From: Dehalococcoidia bacterium
Lineage (GTDB): Bacteria > Chloroflexota > Dehalococcoidia > UBA2979
Assembly (NCBI GenBank): GCA_963667465.2
Contig: CAXXDN010000002.1
Span: 64,001 to 128,000 of the forward strand
DNA: 64,000 nucleotides
Direction of reading: 5' to 3'
Both the position numbers and the translations under genes were made by a program. The notes under the pieces were generated by a model. It was given only the letters and a program-made list of their open reading frames with translations, did no database searches and was not told where the DNA came from. Below are positions 19,177 through 27,266 of this stretch, one piece after another (within the stretch, counting starts at the first letter, position 1; every line of letters begins with the position of its first letter).

Positions 19177-20065
19177 GGCAACGAACCTCCTAGATCTGAT
19201 GGACCGCTATAGCAGCGACGACGCTTGCCGCGACCTGCTCGAAAACCTGCGCTGGCCGAACGGCGTGGTCTGCCCTCGCTGCGGCTCACTCGGCATCAGC
19301 ACCATCAAAAAGCGCCGCGTCTACGACTGCAACGACTGCCGCTACCAGTTCACCGTTACGGCCGGCACCATCATGCACGACTCCCACCTGCCGCTGCGCA
19401 AGTGGTTCGTCGCCGTCTACCTGATGTGCGAATCCAAGAAGGGAGTCAGCGCCCTTCAGCTTCACCGCACGCTCGGTGTGGCGCGCCGGACCGCCTGGTA
19501 TCTCTCTCACCGCATCCGCGAGGCGATGGCCAACGACCCGCTCGAAGGCCCTACCCTGCTCGGCGTCGTCGAGGTTGACGAGACACTGGTGGGCGGCAGG
19601 AAGCGCGGGAAGGGCCACGGCTACCGCGGGAACAAGTTCTGGGTCGCAGGCGCTATCCAGCGCGACGGGCAGGTGCGCCTCGCACAGATCCCAAACGTGC
19701 GGCGCAAGACCCTGCACGGCTTCATCGAACAGACCGTGCGCGACGAGGCCGAGGCGATCTACACCGACGAACTTAAGTCCTACCTCGGCATCGGCGACGA
19801 CGACACGCGCCACGAGACGGTCAACCACGGCGCGGACGAGTGGGTCGTGGGCGACGCGCATACGAACTCGATCGAGGGCGTATGGTCGCTGTTCAAGCGC
19901 TCGATCATGGGGAGCTTCCACAAGGTCAGCGTGAAGCACATTGACCGCTACCTCTCCGAGCTGGAGTGGCGCTTCAACAACCGGGGCAACGAACACATCT
20001 TTCTTGACACGCTGCGGCGCATCGTCCGTACCGAGACCATGACCTACCGGGAATTGGTGGCCTAG
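19175..20065 (+). CDS. IS1595 family transposase
   Basis: Zn ribbon CPRC...CNDC, HTH 'GVSALQLHRTLGV', 'VEVDET', 'IYTDE', 'HTNSIEGVWSLFKR', 'YLSELEWRFN'. Confidence 0.96.
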   Translation: MATNLLDLMDRYSSDDACRDLLENLRWPNGVVCPRCGSLGISTIKKRRVYDCNDCRYQFTVTAGTIMHDSHLPLRKWFVAVYLMCESKKGVSALQLHRTLGVARRTAWYLSHRIREAMANDPLEGPTLLGVVEVDETLVGGRKRGKGHGYRGNKFWVAGAIQRDGQVRLAQIPNVRRKTLHGFIEQTVRDEAEAIYTDELKSYLGIGDDDTRHETVNHGADEWVVGDAHTNSIEGVWSLFKRSIMGSFHKVSVKHIDRYLSELEWRFNNRGNEHIFLDTLRRIVRTETMTYRELVA

Positions 20066-20490
20066 TCCCAGCCGGTGATCGTGGCCGAACAATCCACGTG
20101 AGAGATGTAGCCAGTAACGAAAAGCTGATGCGCGTCTTGCGAGCGGCCCTGGAAAACTCCCACGACGTACTCCGCGATGTAGCGCCAGTTGTTCCCACTC
20201 AGGTAGCGAACGGTTGTCGCGCGCGTATCCAGGCTGAGCCTGACATCGGGGTAGCCCCCAGCGGCGTACCCGACTCGTAACGCCTCGATCAGAGCGGCGT
20301 CGAATTCGAGGCTTCGTCCGTCGATGAGGCAACGCTCGATTGGTAATGGAGTGGGTGCCGCAGTCGGGGTGCGAGTGGGCAAAGCATTGGGAGTGGGCGT
20401 AGGCGTGGCGATTGGCGTCGCGCTCGTGCAGGCCGTGAGAGTGAGGGCGAGAGTGAGGGCGAGAGCGAGAGCAAACGCGATCGGGCGCAT
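20062..20490 (-). CDS. IS passenger: predicted lipoprotein with Pro/Thr linker
   Basis: Lipobox LTAC, PTPTP linker, small two-Cys domain; GGAGG RBS; overlaps the transposase stop. Confidence 0.75.
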   Translation of the reverse strand: MRPIAFALALALTLALTLTACTSATPIATPTPTPNALPTRTPTAAPTPLPIERCLIDGRSLEFDAALIEALRVGYAAGGYPDVRLSLDTRATTVRYLSGNNWRYIAEYVVGVFQGRSQDAHQLFVTGYISHVDCSATITGWD

Positions 20491-20571
20491 GGCCCCTCCC
20501 TGTGGCGGACGGTTGACCGCCCACGATAGAGTGCTCTGTGCTACACGCCATGTTGTTCTCAGCCGCCTTCT

Positions 20572-20928
20572 TCATGGGTCGGAAGGATCGCGCCACCAAA
20601 ATTTCCACCAGCGACGCCCAAAAAGATGGTCAATCTGCTGACCCAAATCGTCCATAAAATCAGCAGTCGAGTCGCACCGGGGAGGATGCTGCTCCCCTCG
20701 CCTACCTTCCGAGAGCGCCTTCTCCATAATGTTACGAAAGCCTTCTCGATCTTTAGATTTTTCGCGCTCATGGGTCCATTGTAGGGCTGCGACGATTACA
20801 GCAGTCACAACGAACGCTCCGATCGCCAACCGTACAAGCAGGTTTACGTCGGCGGTGGAGCCCACGGCCAAGACCTCAATTGCCGCTGTGCCTAGACCGC
20901 TCAATGAAGGCATGATGACCCTGTGCAT
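20572..20928 (-). CDS. IS passenger: hypothetical membrane protein with Trp-rich C-terminus
   Basis: Lower GC than host; TM 'LLVRLAIGAFVVTAVIVAAL'; ends 'RRWWKFWW'; start 6 nt after the right-TIR -10. Confidence 0.55.
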   Translation of the reverse strand: MHRVIMPSLSGLGTAAIEVLAVGSTADVNLLVRLAIGAFVVTAVIVAALQWTHEREKSKDREGFRNIMEKALSEGRRGEQHPPRCDSTADFMDDLGQQIDHLFGRRWWKFWWRDPSDP

Positions 20929-20934
20929 CGAAGC

Positions 20935-20963
20935 ATACTGCCGTCCGCTCTATCCTGTGTCAA
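20935..20963 (-). promoter_or_regulatory. Sigma70-type promoter in right TIR, directed at passenger genes
   Basis: TTGACA (20963-20958), 17 nt, CAGTAT (20940-20935), 6 nt, ATG 20928. Confidence 0.55.
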
Positions 20964-21527
20964 GTGTGCAATCACCATTTGTTCACCCAGTTCGGCCCGT
21001 CGGTCGCAAGGTAGAGCGCGATTAGCGCCTCGCGGTCCGAGGCGACCGAGCCGCCCGCGGTCTGCGCCTGCGCGCTGCGGGCGCCGAGGGTCAGTGCGGC
21101 CACGAGGATCGCGACGAGAGCCGCGGCTCGTGCAGTCCTCGCGCGGGTGGTAGGCCCTCGACTCATGCGCCTGCCTTTACGGCTTCGGGGAGGCCAGACT
21201 AGCAGAGCGGCAGCGGTACGGTTCCTGGCAGCGGGGCTACGCGTGGGCCGGCGAGGACTCGCTCACTGTTGGCGGGGGGGCCGAGCCCCCGCCGGCTTCC
21301 GCGTCGCGGGAGGAGGGACCGCGTCTTTGCCGCTGTCCCGTCCGTCGCGGCGGTTCGTCCACCTCGGACGGACGGGCGCGACACTCCTCTGACGACGCGC
21401 ACCCCGCTTTGGTTCCCGGCCCCTCCCACGAGGCCGAACCAGGCCGTCGCGGTGGTATACAGGACGGCGGAATCCGGACCTCCGCCGGTCCGGTTGCCTC
21501 GATCGATGCGCGCGATGGGAGGGGACG

Positions 21528-22820
21528 ATGAGCAAGACCACCGAGGGCCCGCGAGGCCCGCTGCACGGGGTGCGGGTGCTTGAGTTCTCGCTGATCTTCT
21601 CGGCGCCGTTCGCCGGACTGCAGCTCGCCGACCTTGGGGCGGACGTGGTCAAGGTGGAGCCGCCGGGCGGCGAGCCGTTCCGTAGCCTCTTCGCCGCGGT
21701 ACCCGCCAATTCGAAGATCTTTCAATCGGTCAATCGCGGCAAGCGCAGCCTCGAACTGAACCTGCGGGCGCCCGAGGCGCGCGAGGTCGTCTACCGGCTG
21801 TTGCCCGAGTTCGACGTGGTGCTGATCAACTACCGCCCCGGCGTAGCGGAGCGGCTCGGCATCGGCTACGAGACGCTGCGCGAGATCCGGCCGGACCTGA
21901 TCTACGCCGAGATTAGCGGCTTCGATCGCGGCGGGCCGTACGAGCGCAAACCTGCGGCCGACATGATCGCGCAGGCCTACGCCGGCAGCATCGCCCTCGA
22001 CGGCAAAATGACCGACGACGGCGCACCCGTCTGGCCGCCGATGGTGATCGCCGACTTCCCGTCCGGGCTGGCGGCGGCGATCGCGCTGACCTCAGCCCTC
22101 TACCACCGCGAGCGTACGGGCGAGGGCCAGCGCGTCTCCGTCTCGATGCTGCGTTCGATCCTCGCGATGCTCTGCTACCACGTGAATGTGGAGCCCGTGC
22201 ACGACGCTTACGCGCGCGACCTGATCCGCGAACAGTTGGAGAGCGCACGGGCGGCCGGCGCCGACTACCGCGGGCTGGTCGAGGCGCGCGAGGGCTCGAC
22301 CCGTTCCGGTGGGCCGCTGGTCACCTACTGGCGCGGCTACTCGGCGTCCGATGGCGGGCTGGTGATGGGCGCGGTCACCAGGGAGGGCCGCGACGCACTA
22401 CGCGGCGTCCTCGGCATCGACGATGATCCGACCGACGATCCCGACTACAACCAGTTCGCCGAGGACAGCGCCGACATTGTCGAGGCCCTGCAAGTGCGCG
22501 TCGCGGAGATCGTGCGCCAACGGCCGGTCGCCGAGTGGATCGAGCGCTTCGAGGCGGTCGGCGCGCCGGTCGCGCCCGTGCTGTTCCCGGAGGACGTCGC
22601 GGACCACGAGGAGGGCAGGCGGCACTTCGTGGAGCTGGAGCACGCGATCACGGGGCCGCAGCGCTTCGTCGGCCCGATGTTCGACCTGGAGCGTACGCCG
22701 ACCTCGGTCGCCGGTCCGTCGCCGCTCCCCGGCGCACACAGCGACGAGGTGCTGGCCGCGCTCGGCGGCTACAGCGCCGAGGAGATTGCGGCCCTCCACG
22801 AGGCGGGCGTCATCGGCTAG
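21528..22820 (+). CDS. CaiB/BaiF family III CoA-transferase
   Basis: 'GPLHGVRVLE...LADLGADVVKVEPP', 'NRGKRS', 'NYRPG'. Confidence 0.93.
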   Translation: MSKTTEGPRGPLHGVRVLEFSLIFSAPFAGLQLADLGADVVKVEPPGGEPFRSLFAAVPANSKIFQSVNRGKRSLELNLRAPEAREVVYRLLPEFDVVLINYRPGVAERLGIGYETLREIRPDLIYAEISGFDRGGPYERKPAADMIAQAYAGSIALDGKMTDDGAPVWPPMVIADFPSGLAAAIALTSALYHRERTGEGQRVSVSMLRSILAMLCYHVNVEPVHDAYARDLIREQLESARAAGADYRGLVEAREGSTRSGGPLVTYWRGYSASDGGLVMGAVTREGRDALRGVLGIDDDPTDDPDYNQFAEDSADIVEALQVRVAEIVRQRPVAEWIERFEAVGAPVAPVLFPEDVADHEEGRRHFVELEHAITGPQRFVGPMFDLERTPTSVAGPSPLPGAHSDEVLAALGGYSAEEIAALHEAGVIG

Positions 22821-23872
22821 TCGCGCAGCCCCTCGAGGTCGGCGCGCACGCGCGGCAGCACCTCGCGCGCGACGAGACCCATGTAGTCCGGGGGCGCGCC
22901 GGGGGCCTCGTGCACGGGGTCGGGCGCCGGGTGCAGCACCACAATCTCGAACACGGGCAGCGCGCGCAGCAGCGCGGTCAGCTGTTGCGAGACCACCTCG
23001 GCGTCGCCGTGCAGGCAGAACGCCTCGGCGGCGGCCGGGGGGAGGAACTCGAGGAGGCGGCCCGCGCCCTCGAGGTCCGGCGTGTGGTGGAAGTCCGGGC
23101 TGACCCGCCGCTGCAGATCCTCCACGGGCGGGCCGTCCCAGCGCAGGCCGGGCGCCTCGAACAGCGTCGGCGAGTACTCGTAGTACCCGGCGGCCATCGA
23201 GCGGCCGATGCGCAGCGCGCGCTCCGCGTCGTCGACGAGCACGGTGTGGAAGACCACGCCGAGGGCGACCTCGTCCGGGTTGCGCCCGGCCTCGGCCGCG
23301 CCCGCGCGCACCGCCTCGATCGCGGCCTGGAGGTTCGCGGGCGACGTGCCGGCGCGGATGAAGACGCCGTCGGCGACGCGCCCCGCGGCGCGCAGCATCC
23401 GGGGGCCGCCTGCGGCGATCCAGACGGGCACGGGGCGGGCGTGCGGCAGCCGCGCCGGGTCGCGCGCGCCGACCTCGATCGCCTCGCCGTGCAGCAGGGC
23501 GCGGGCGAGGCGCGTCGCCTCCTCCAGCTCACGCACGCGCGCCGGGCGCAGCCCGGCCAGCCGCACGGCCGTGTCGCCGATGCCGAGCCCGAGCAGCATG
23601 CGGCCCGCGGCGAGCTCGTCGACGGTGGCGATCGAGGAGGCGGTGACGCTGATGTGGCGGTTGATCGGGTTGGCGATCAGCGGGCCGATGCGGATGCGGC
23701 TGGTCGCCCGCGCCGCCTCGGCGAGCATCACGTAGGTGTCGCGCCGGCGCAGCTGCGAGTCCGGGATGAAGCCGTAGTCCCAGCCCAGCTCCTCGGCGCG
23801 GCGCACGTCGGCGGCGAAGGCCGCGACGGAGCCGAACTCGAAGCGATTCAGGCCGAAGGCGGGCGCCGGCAT
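22817..23872 (-). CDS. Luciferase-like (LLM) flavin-dependent oxidoreductase, Mer-like
   Basis: 'AEELGWD...PDSQ', 'GRMLLGLGIGD', 'VWIAAGGPRML'. Confidence 0.88.
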   Translation of the reverse strand: MPAPAFGLNRFEFGSVAAFAADVRRAEELGWDYGFIPDSQLRRRDTYVMLAEAARATSRIRIGPLIANPINRHISVTASSIATVDELAAGRMLLGLGIGDTAVRLAGLRPARVRELEEATRLARALLHGEAIEVGARDPARLPHARPVPVWIAAGGPRMLRAAGRVADGVFIRAGTSPANLQAAIEAVRAGAAEAGRNPDEVALGVVFHTVLVDDAERALRIGRSMAAGYYEYSPTLFEAPGLRWDGPPVEDLQRRVSPDFHHTPDLEGAGRLLEFLPPAAAEAFCLHGDAEVVSQQLTALLRALPVFEIVVLHPAPDPVHEAPGAPPDYMGLVAREVLPRVRADLEGLRD

Positions 23873-23916
23873 GCGGCGAGGGTGTCCGAGGGCGCGCCGC
23901 CGCGCAAGGCGCAAGG

Positions 23917-24288
23917 TCAGGCGGGGAGGATGCTCGCTTCGTAAGACTCCATCCGGGGGTCGCGGGTGACGAGCACCAGGTCGTGTGTGAGCGCCTGAGC
24001 GATCAGCATCCGATCAAACGGATCGCGGTGGTGATCGGGGAGAGCGCCGGCCATCCGGGCGTCGGCGTGGGTGATTGGGAGCGGCTCGAAGTCATCGTTG
24101 CGCACGTCGAAGATGGCATCGTCGACGCGCAGCTTCCCGCGTGCCCGCTTGATGCTGATCTCCCAGATGCTGGCCGAGCTCACGTAGACGACGTTGTCCG
24201 GGTTGGCGATCTCGCTGAGCGCCTCGCCCGACAAGTCCCGCTCCCCGCTCCACCAGAGGAGTACGTGGGTATCGAGCAGGAGGTTCAC
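23917..24288 (-). CDS. vapC: VapC/PIN domain toxin
   Basis: 'LLLDTHVLLW', 'SIWEISIK', 'HRDPFDRMLIAQA'. Confidence 0.93.
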   Translation of the reverse strand: MNLLLDTHVLLWWSGERDLSGEALSEIANPDNVVYVSSASIWEISIKRARGKLRVDDAIFDVRNDDFEPLPITHADARMAGALPDHHRDPFDRMLIAQALTHDLVLVTRDPRMESYEASILPA

Positions 24289-24530
24289 TCAGCACCCTCG
24301 AGGTCGCCCTCGAAGGCGGCGATGATGTCCTCGGGCGTCTCGTCGAAGTCCGGGGCGATCCAGATCTTGCCCGCCAGGCGCCCCGGCTTCCGGGGTTGCC
24401 GAGGCTCCCCGTAGGGCACGAGCCGGGCCAGCGGCTTGCCGGACTTGCCCAGCACGATCTCCTCGCCGCTCGCCGCCCGGTCGAGCAGCCTCGACAGGTG
24501 GGTCTTTGCCTCGTACACGTTGATCACCAT
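24285..24530 (-). CDS. Phd/YefM family antitoxin
   Basis: 'NVYEAKTHLSRLL...GEEIVL...GKPLARLVP'. Confidence 0.92.
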   Translation of the reverse strand: MVINVYEAKTHLSRLLDRAASGEEIVLGKSGKPLARLVPYGEPRQPRKPGRLAGKIWIAPDFDETPEDIIAAFEGDLEGAE

Positions 24531-24536
24531 GGCAGC

Positions 24537-24570
24537 ATTCTACATCAGTTGGTCTGACCAGACCAGACTA
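24537..24570 (-). promoter_or_regulatory. Leaderless promoter and operator of Phd/VapC pair
   Basis: TAGAAT 6 nt before ATG; palindrome TGGTCTGACCA (24550-24560) and GACCA/GACTA repeats. Confidence 0.55.
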
Positions 24571-24662
24571 AGCAAATACGCGGCGCGGTTGACTCCTGTG
24601 CAAGAGCCGCTACCGCATAGACTGTGCACGCCCGCGACCCGCGGGCGCGGATGGAGGGTGCA

Positions 24663-25496
24663 ATGCGGGAATTTCGGGACAAGGTCGCCGTCGTCACCGG
24701 GGCCGCGCACGGCGTCGGGCGGGCGCTGGCCAACGAGTGCGCGAACGAGGGCATGCGTGTCGTCATCGCCGACATCGAGGGCGAGCCGGCCGAGGTAGTC
24801 GCCGCCTCGATCCGCGATCGCGGCGGTGAGGCGATCGCCGTCCAGACCGACGTCGCCGAGCGAGCGCAGGTCGAGGCCCTCGCCGAGCGCACCTACGCCG
24901 AGTTCGGCGCGGCGCACCTGCTCTTCAACAACGCCGGCGTCTCGATGCACAAGACGATCGAGGAGTCCGCGGTCAACGACTGGGAGTGGGTGCTCGCGGT
25001 CAACCTCTGGGGCCCGCTCAACGGCATCCACGCTTTCCTCCCCCGCATGCGGGCCCAGGGCGGCGAGGCGCACATCGTCAACACCGCCTCGATGAGCGGG
25101 CTGATCGCGCGCCGCAACCAGCGAGGCATCTACCAGGCGGTGAAGCACGGCGTCGTCGCGCTCACCAACGCGCTACGCCACGAGCTGGAAGCCGACGCCG
25201 GCGAGATCTCGTGCTCGGTCTTCTGCCCGGGCGGGATGCTGACGGACATCGAGGACGCCGGGCGGCATCGCCAGGATCGCTTCGGCGGGCCGTTCACCCT
25301 CGGGCCGATGCCGGTGCCGCGCCAGCCCAACCCCGTCTACCCGGAGGACATCGCACCACGCGTGCTGGAGGCGATCCGGCAGGACCAGCGCTACATCTTC
25401 AGCCATCCGCACACCCGCGCCGACCTCGAGGAGCACTACGCCGACATTCTTGCGGGCTTCGACGCGGCGGCGCGTATCGCCGAGCAGGTCGGGTAA
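24663..25496 (+). CDS. SDR family oxidoreductase (paralog of 12557)
   Basis: TGAAHGVG, NNAG, YQAVK; shares 'CPGGML' and 'YIFSHPHTR' with 12557. Confidence 0.92.
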   Translation: MREFRDKVAVVTGAAHGVGRALANECANEGMRVVIADIEGEPAEVVAASIRDRGGEAIAVQTDVAERAQVEALAERTYAEFGAAHLLFNNAGVSMHKTIEESAVNDWEWVLAVNLWGPLNGIHAFLPRMRAQGGEAHIVNTASMSGLIARRNQRGIYQAVKHGVVALTNALRHELEADAGEISCSVFCPGGMLTDIEDAGRHRQDRFGGPFTLGPMPVPRQPNPVYPEDIAPRVLEAIRQDQRYIFSHPHTRADLEEHYADILAGFDAAARIAEQVG

Positions 25497-25502
25497 GGCG
25501 CC

Positions 25503-26474
25503 ATGCGCTACGTCGTCTACGGAGCGGGCGCGACCGGCGGGGTGATGGGCGCGGCGCTCGCGCGGATCGGCCGCGAGGTGGTGCTGATCGCGCGCGGGCG
25601 GCACCTCGACGCGATTCGCGCCAACGGCCTCACGCTGCGCACGCCGCTCGAGACAGTGCAGACCGACCTGGCCGCGGTCGAGCGCCCCGAGGAGATCGAG
25701 TTCCGCGAGGGCGACGCGGTTCTGCTCACCGTGAAGACGCAGGACGCCTTCGACGCCCTCGATGATCTGCGCGCAGCGGCGGGCGACAACGTGCCGGTGG
25801 TCTGCGCGCAGAACGGGGTGGTGACGGAGCGCGAGGCGCTGCGCCGCTTCCGCCGTGTCTACGGCATGGTGGTGCGCTTCCCCGGCATGCAGCTCGAGCC
25901 CGGTGTCGTCGCGAACTATGAGCCGCAGGGCGGCGGCGAGATCGAGCTCGGGCGCTACCCGCAGGGCCTCGACGAGGTCGCCGGGCAGCTCGCCGCCGAC
26001 CTCACGGCCTGCGGCTTCGACGGGCAGGCCGAGGCCGACGTGATGCGCTGGAAGCACGAGAAGCTGCTGATCAACGTCGGCTCCGCGCTCGCCGGCGTCT
26101 TCGGGCCCGGCGCGGACACGGCGGCGATCCGCGAGCGGCTGGTCGCGGAGACGCGCGCGGTCCTCGAAGCGACCGGCATCGACCTGCCGACGCCGGAGGA
26201 GGCGCTGCGCCTGAACCGCCAGCCGCGCTACGACTGGGCGGAGATCGAGGGCGCCCCGCCGTTCGCGAGCTCGCTCTGGCAGGGGATCCAGCGTGGGCTG
26301 CGCACGGCGGAGACGGACTACATCAACGGCGAGGTCGCCCTGCTCGGCGCGCAGTACGGCATCGCGACGCCCTGCAACCGTGCGCTCAACCTGCTCGCCA
26401 ACCGCTGCGCTCGCGAGGGCACCCCGCCCGGTACCGTGACGACCGCGGACCTCGAGGCGCTCGTCGCCGCGTAG
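25503..26474 (+). CDS. Ketopantoate reductase family (paralog of 11547)
   Basis: 'YGAGATGG', 'CAQNG', 'ETDYINGEV'. Confidence 0.88.
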   Translation: MRYVVYGAGATGGVMGAALARIGREVVLIARGRHLDAIRANGLTLRTPLETVQTDLAAVERPEEIEFREGDAVLLTVKTQDAFDALDDLRAAAGDNVPVVCAQNGVVTEREALRRFRRVYGMVVRFPGMQLEPGVVANYEPQGGGEIELGRYPQGLDEVAGQLAADLTACGFDGQAEADVMRWKHEKLLINVGSALAGVFGPGADTAAIRERLVAETRAVLEATGIDLPTPEEALRLNRQPRYDWAEIEGAPPFASSLWQGIQRGLRTAETDYINGEVALLGAQYGIATPCNRALNLLANRCAREGTPPGTVTTADLEALVAA

Positions 26475-26540
26475 CGGCAGGCGGCCGCTGCGGCGTCCGC
26501 GCCCTCGCGCGATCAGGGGGAGGGCGGCGATCTTGTATCG

Positions 26541-26564
26541 GACTAGTCTGACTAGATAGACTAG
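26541..26564 (+). promoter_or_regulatory. Operator/promoter of Phd/PIN pair
   Basis: GACTAG x3 at 9-bp period; palindrome CTAGTCTGACTAG; TAGACT 6 nt before ATG 26569. Confidence 0.6.
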
Positions 26565-26568
26565 GGCC

Positions 26569-26847
26569 ATGCCGGGAAACACCTACTCGACGTACGAGGC
26601 GAAGGCGCGCTTCTCCGAGGTGCTGCGCCAGGTCCGCACGGGAACGATCGTCACCGTCACGTATCGGGGGGAGCCCGTCGCCGAGATCCGCCCGATCGAG
26701 CCCGGCCCCAAGACGATCGAGGAGCGGCTCGATGAACTCAGGCAGAGCGGCGTGCTGGTCCGGTCCCGCGAACCCAGAAAACCGTTCCGGCCAGTGGCGC
26801 ACATCCCGGGCGCGCTTGAGCGGTTCCTCGCCGACCGCAACAGGTGA
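26569..26847 (+). CDS. Phd/YefM family antitoxin
   Basis: 'YSTYEAKARFSEVLRQV...VTYRGEPVAEIRP'. Confidence 0.9.
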   Translation: MPGNTYSTYEAKARFSEVLRQVRTGTIVTVTYRGEPVAEIRPIEPGPKTIEERLDELRQSGVLVRSREPRKPFRPVAHIPGALERFLADRNR

Positions 26848-27224
26848 GCGTCGCCTACGTCGATTCCTCCGTGCTGGTCGCTCTCGCGGTCGGTGAGCCG
26901 ACGCGACCGATGCTGGAACGCCGGATGGGGGAATTCTCGACACTCCTATCGTCGAACCTGCTCGAGGCCGAACTCAGATCGGCCCTCAGCCGCGAGCGGC
27001 GAACCCTTGATCGCGCACTCCTCGCCGGCATCGAATGGGTGCTGCCGGACAGGCCTCTGACTTCCGAGTTCGAGGCGGTGCTGGCTGCCGGCCAGCTGCG
27101 GGGCGCCGACCTCTGGCATGTGGCGGCGGCGCTTTTCGTCGCGCACGAGCCGGGCAGCACTGCCTTTCTCACGCTCGACCAGCGGCAACGAGCGGTTGCC
27201 GAGGCTCTCGGCTTCGCGACCTGA
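26844..27224 (+). CDS. vapC: PIN domain toxin
   Basis: 'AYVDSSVLV', 'LRGADLWHVAAA', 'TLDQRQ'. Confidence 0.88.
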   Translation: MSVAYVDSSVLVALAVGEPTRPMLERRMGEFSTLLSSNLLEAELRSALSRERRTLDRALLAGIEWVLPDRPLTSEFEAVLAAGQLRGADLWHVAAALFVAHEPGSTAFLTLDQRQRAVAEALGFAT

Positions 27225-27266
27225 TCCGGCGCGCCTCGCGCCTCGCGCCTCGTGCCGCGCGCGCCC

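Larger units (their letters stand above)
19001..20976 (+). mobile_element. IS1595-family element with passenger genes (1,976 bp)
   Basis: Perfect 23-bp TIRs ggtgattgcacacttgacacagg (19001-19023) and cctgtgtcaagtgtgcaatcacc (20954-20976); 8-bp TSD ATTTGTTC (18993-19000, 20977-20984). Confidence 0.96.
17872..21166 (-). pseudogene. Secreted plant-type leucine-rich-repeat surface protein interrupted by IS1595 (segments 21166-20977 and 18992-17872; about 436 aa reconstructed)
   Basis: Removing the IS and one TSD copy joins 'SDREALIALYLATDGPNWVNK' to 'WNWISEAPLGEWYGV' in frame; signal peptide ending AQA; 12 'LxLxxNxLTGEIPRELG' repeats; C-terminal TM. Confidence 0.92.

Noticed and set aside
21260-21500. 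Riboswitch (for example c-di-GMP) in the hairpin-rich spacer
   Set aside because: Only fragments of the consensus are present, and hairpins are expected at this GC content
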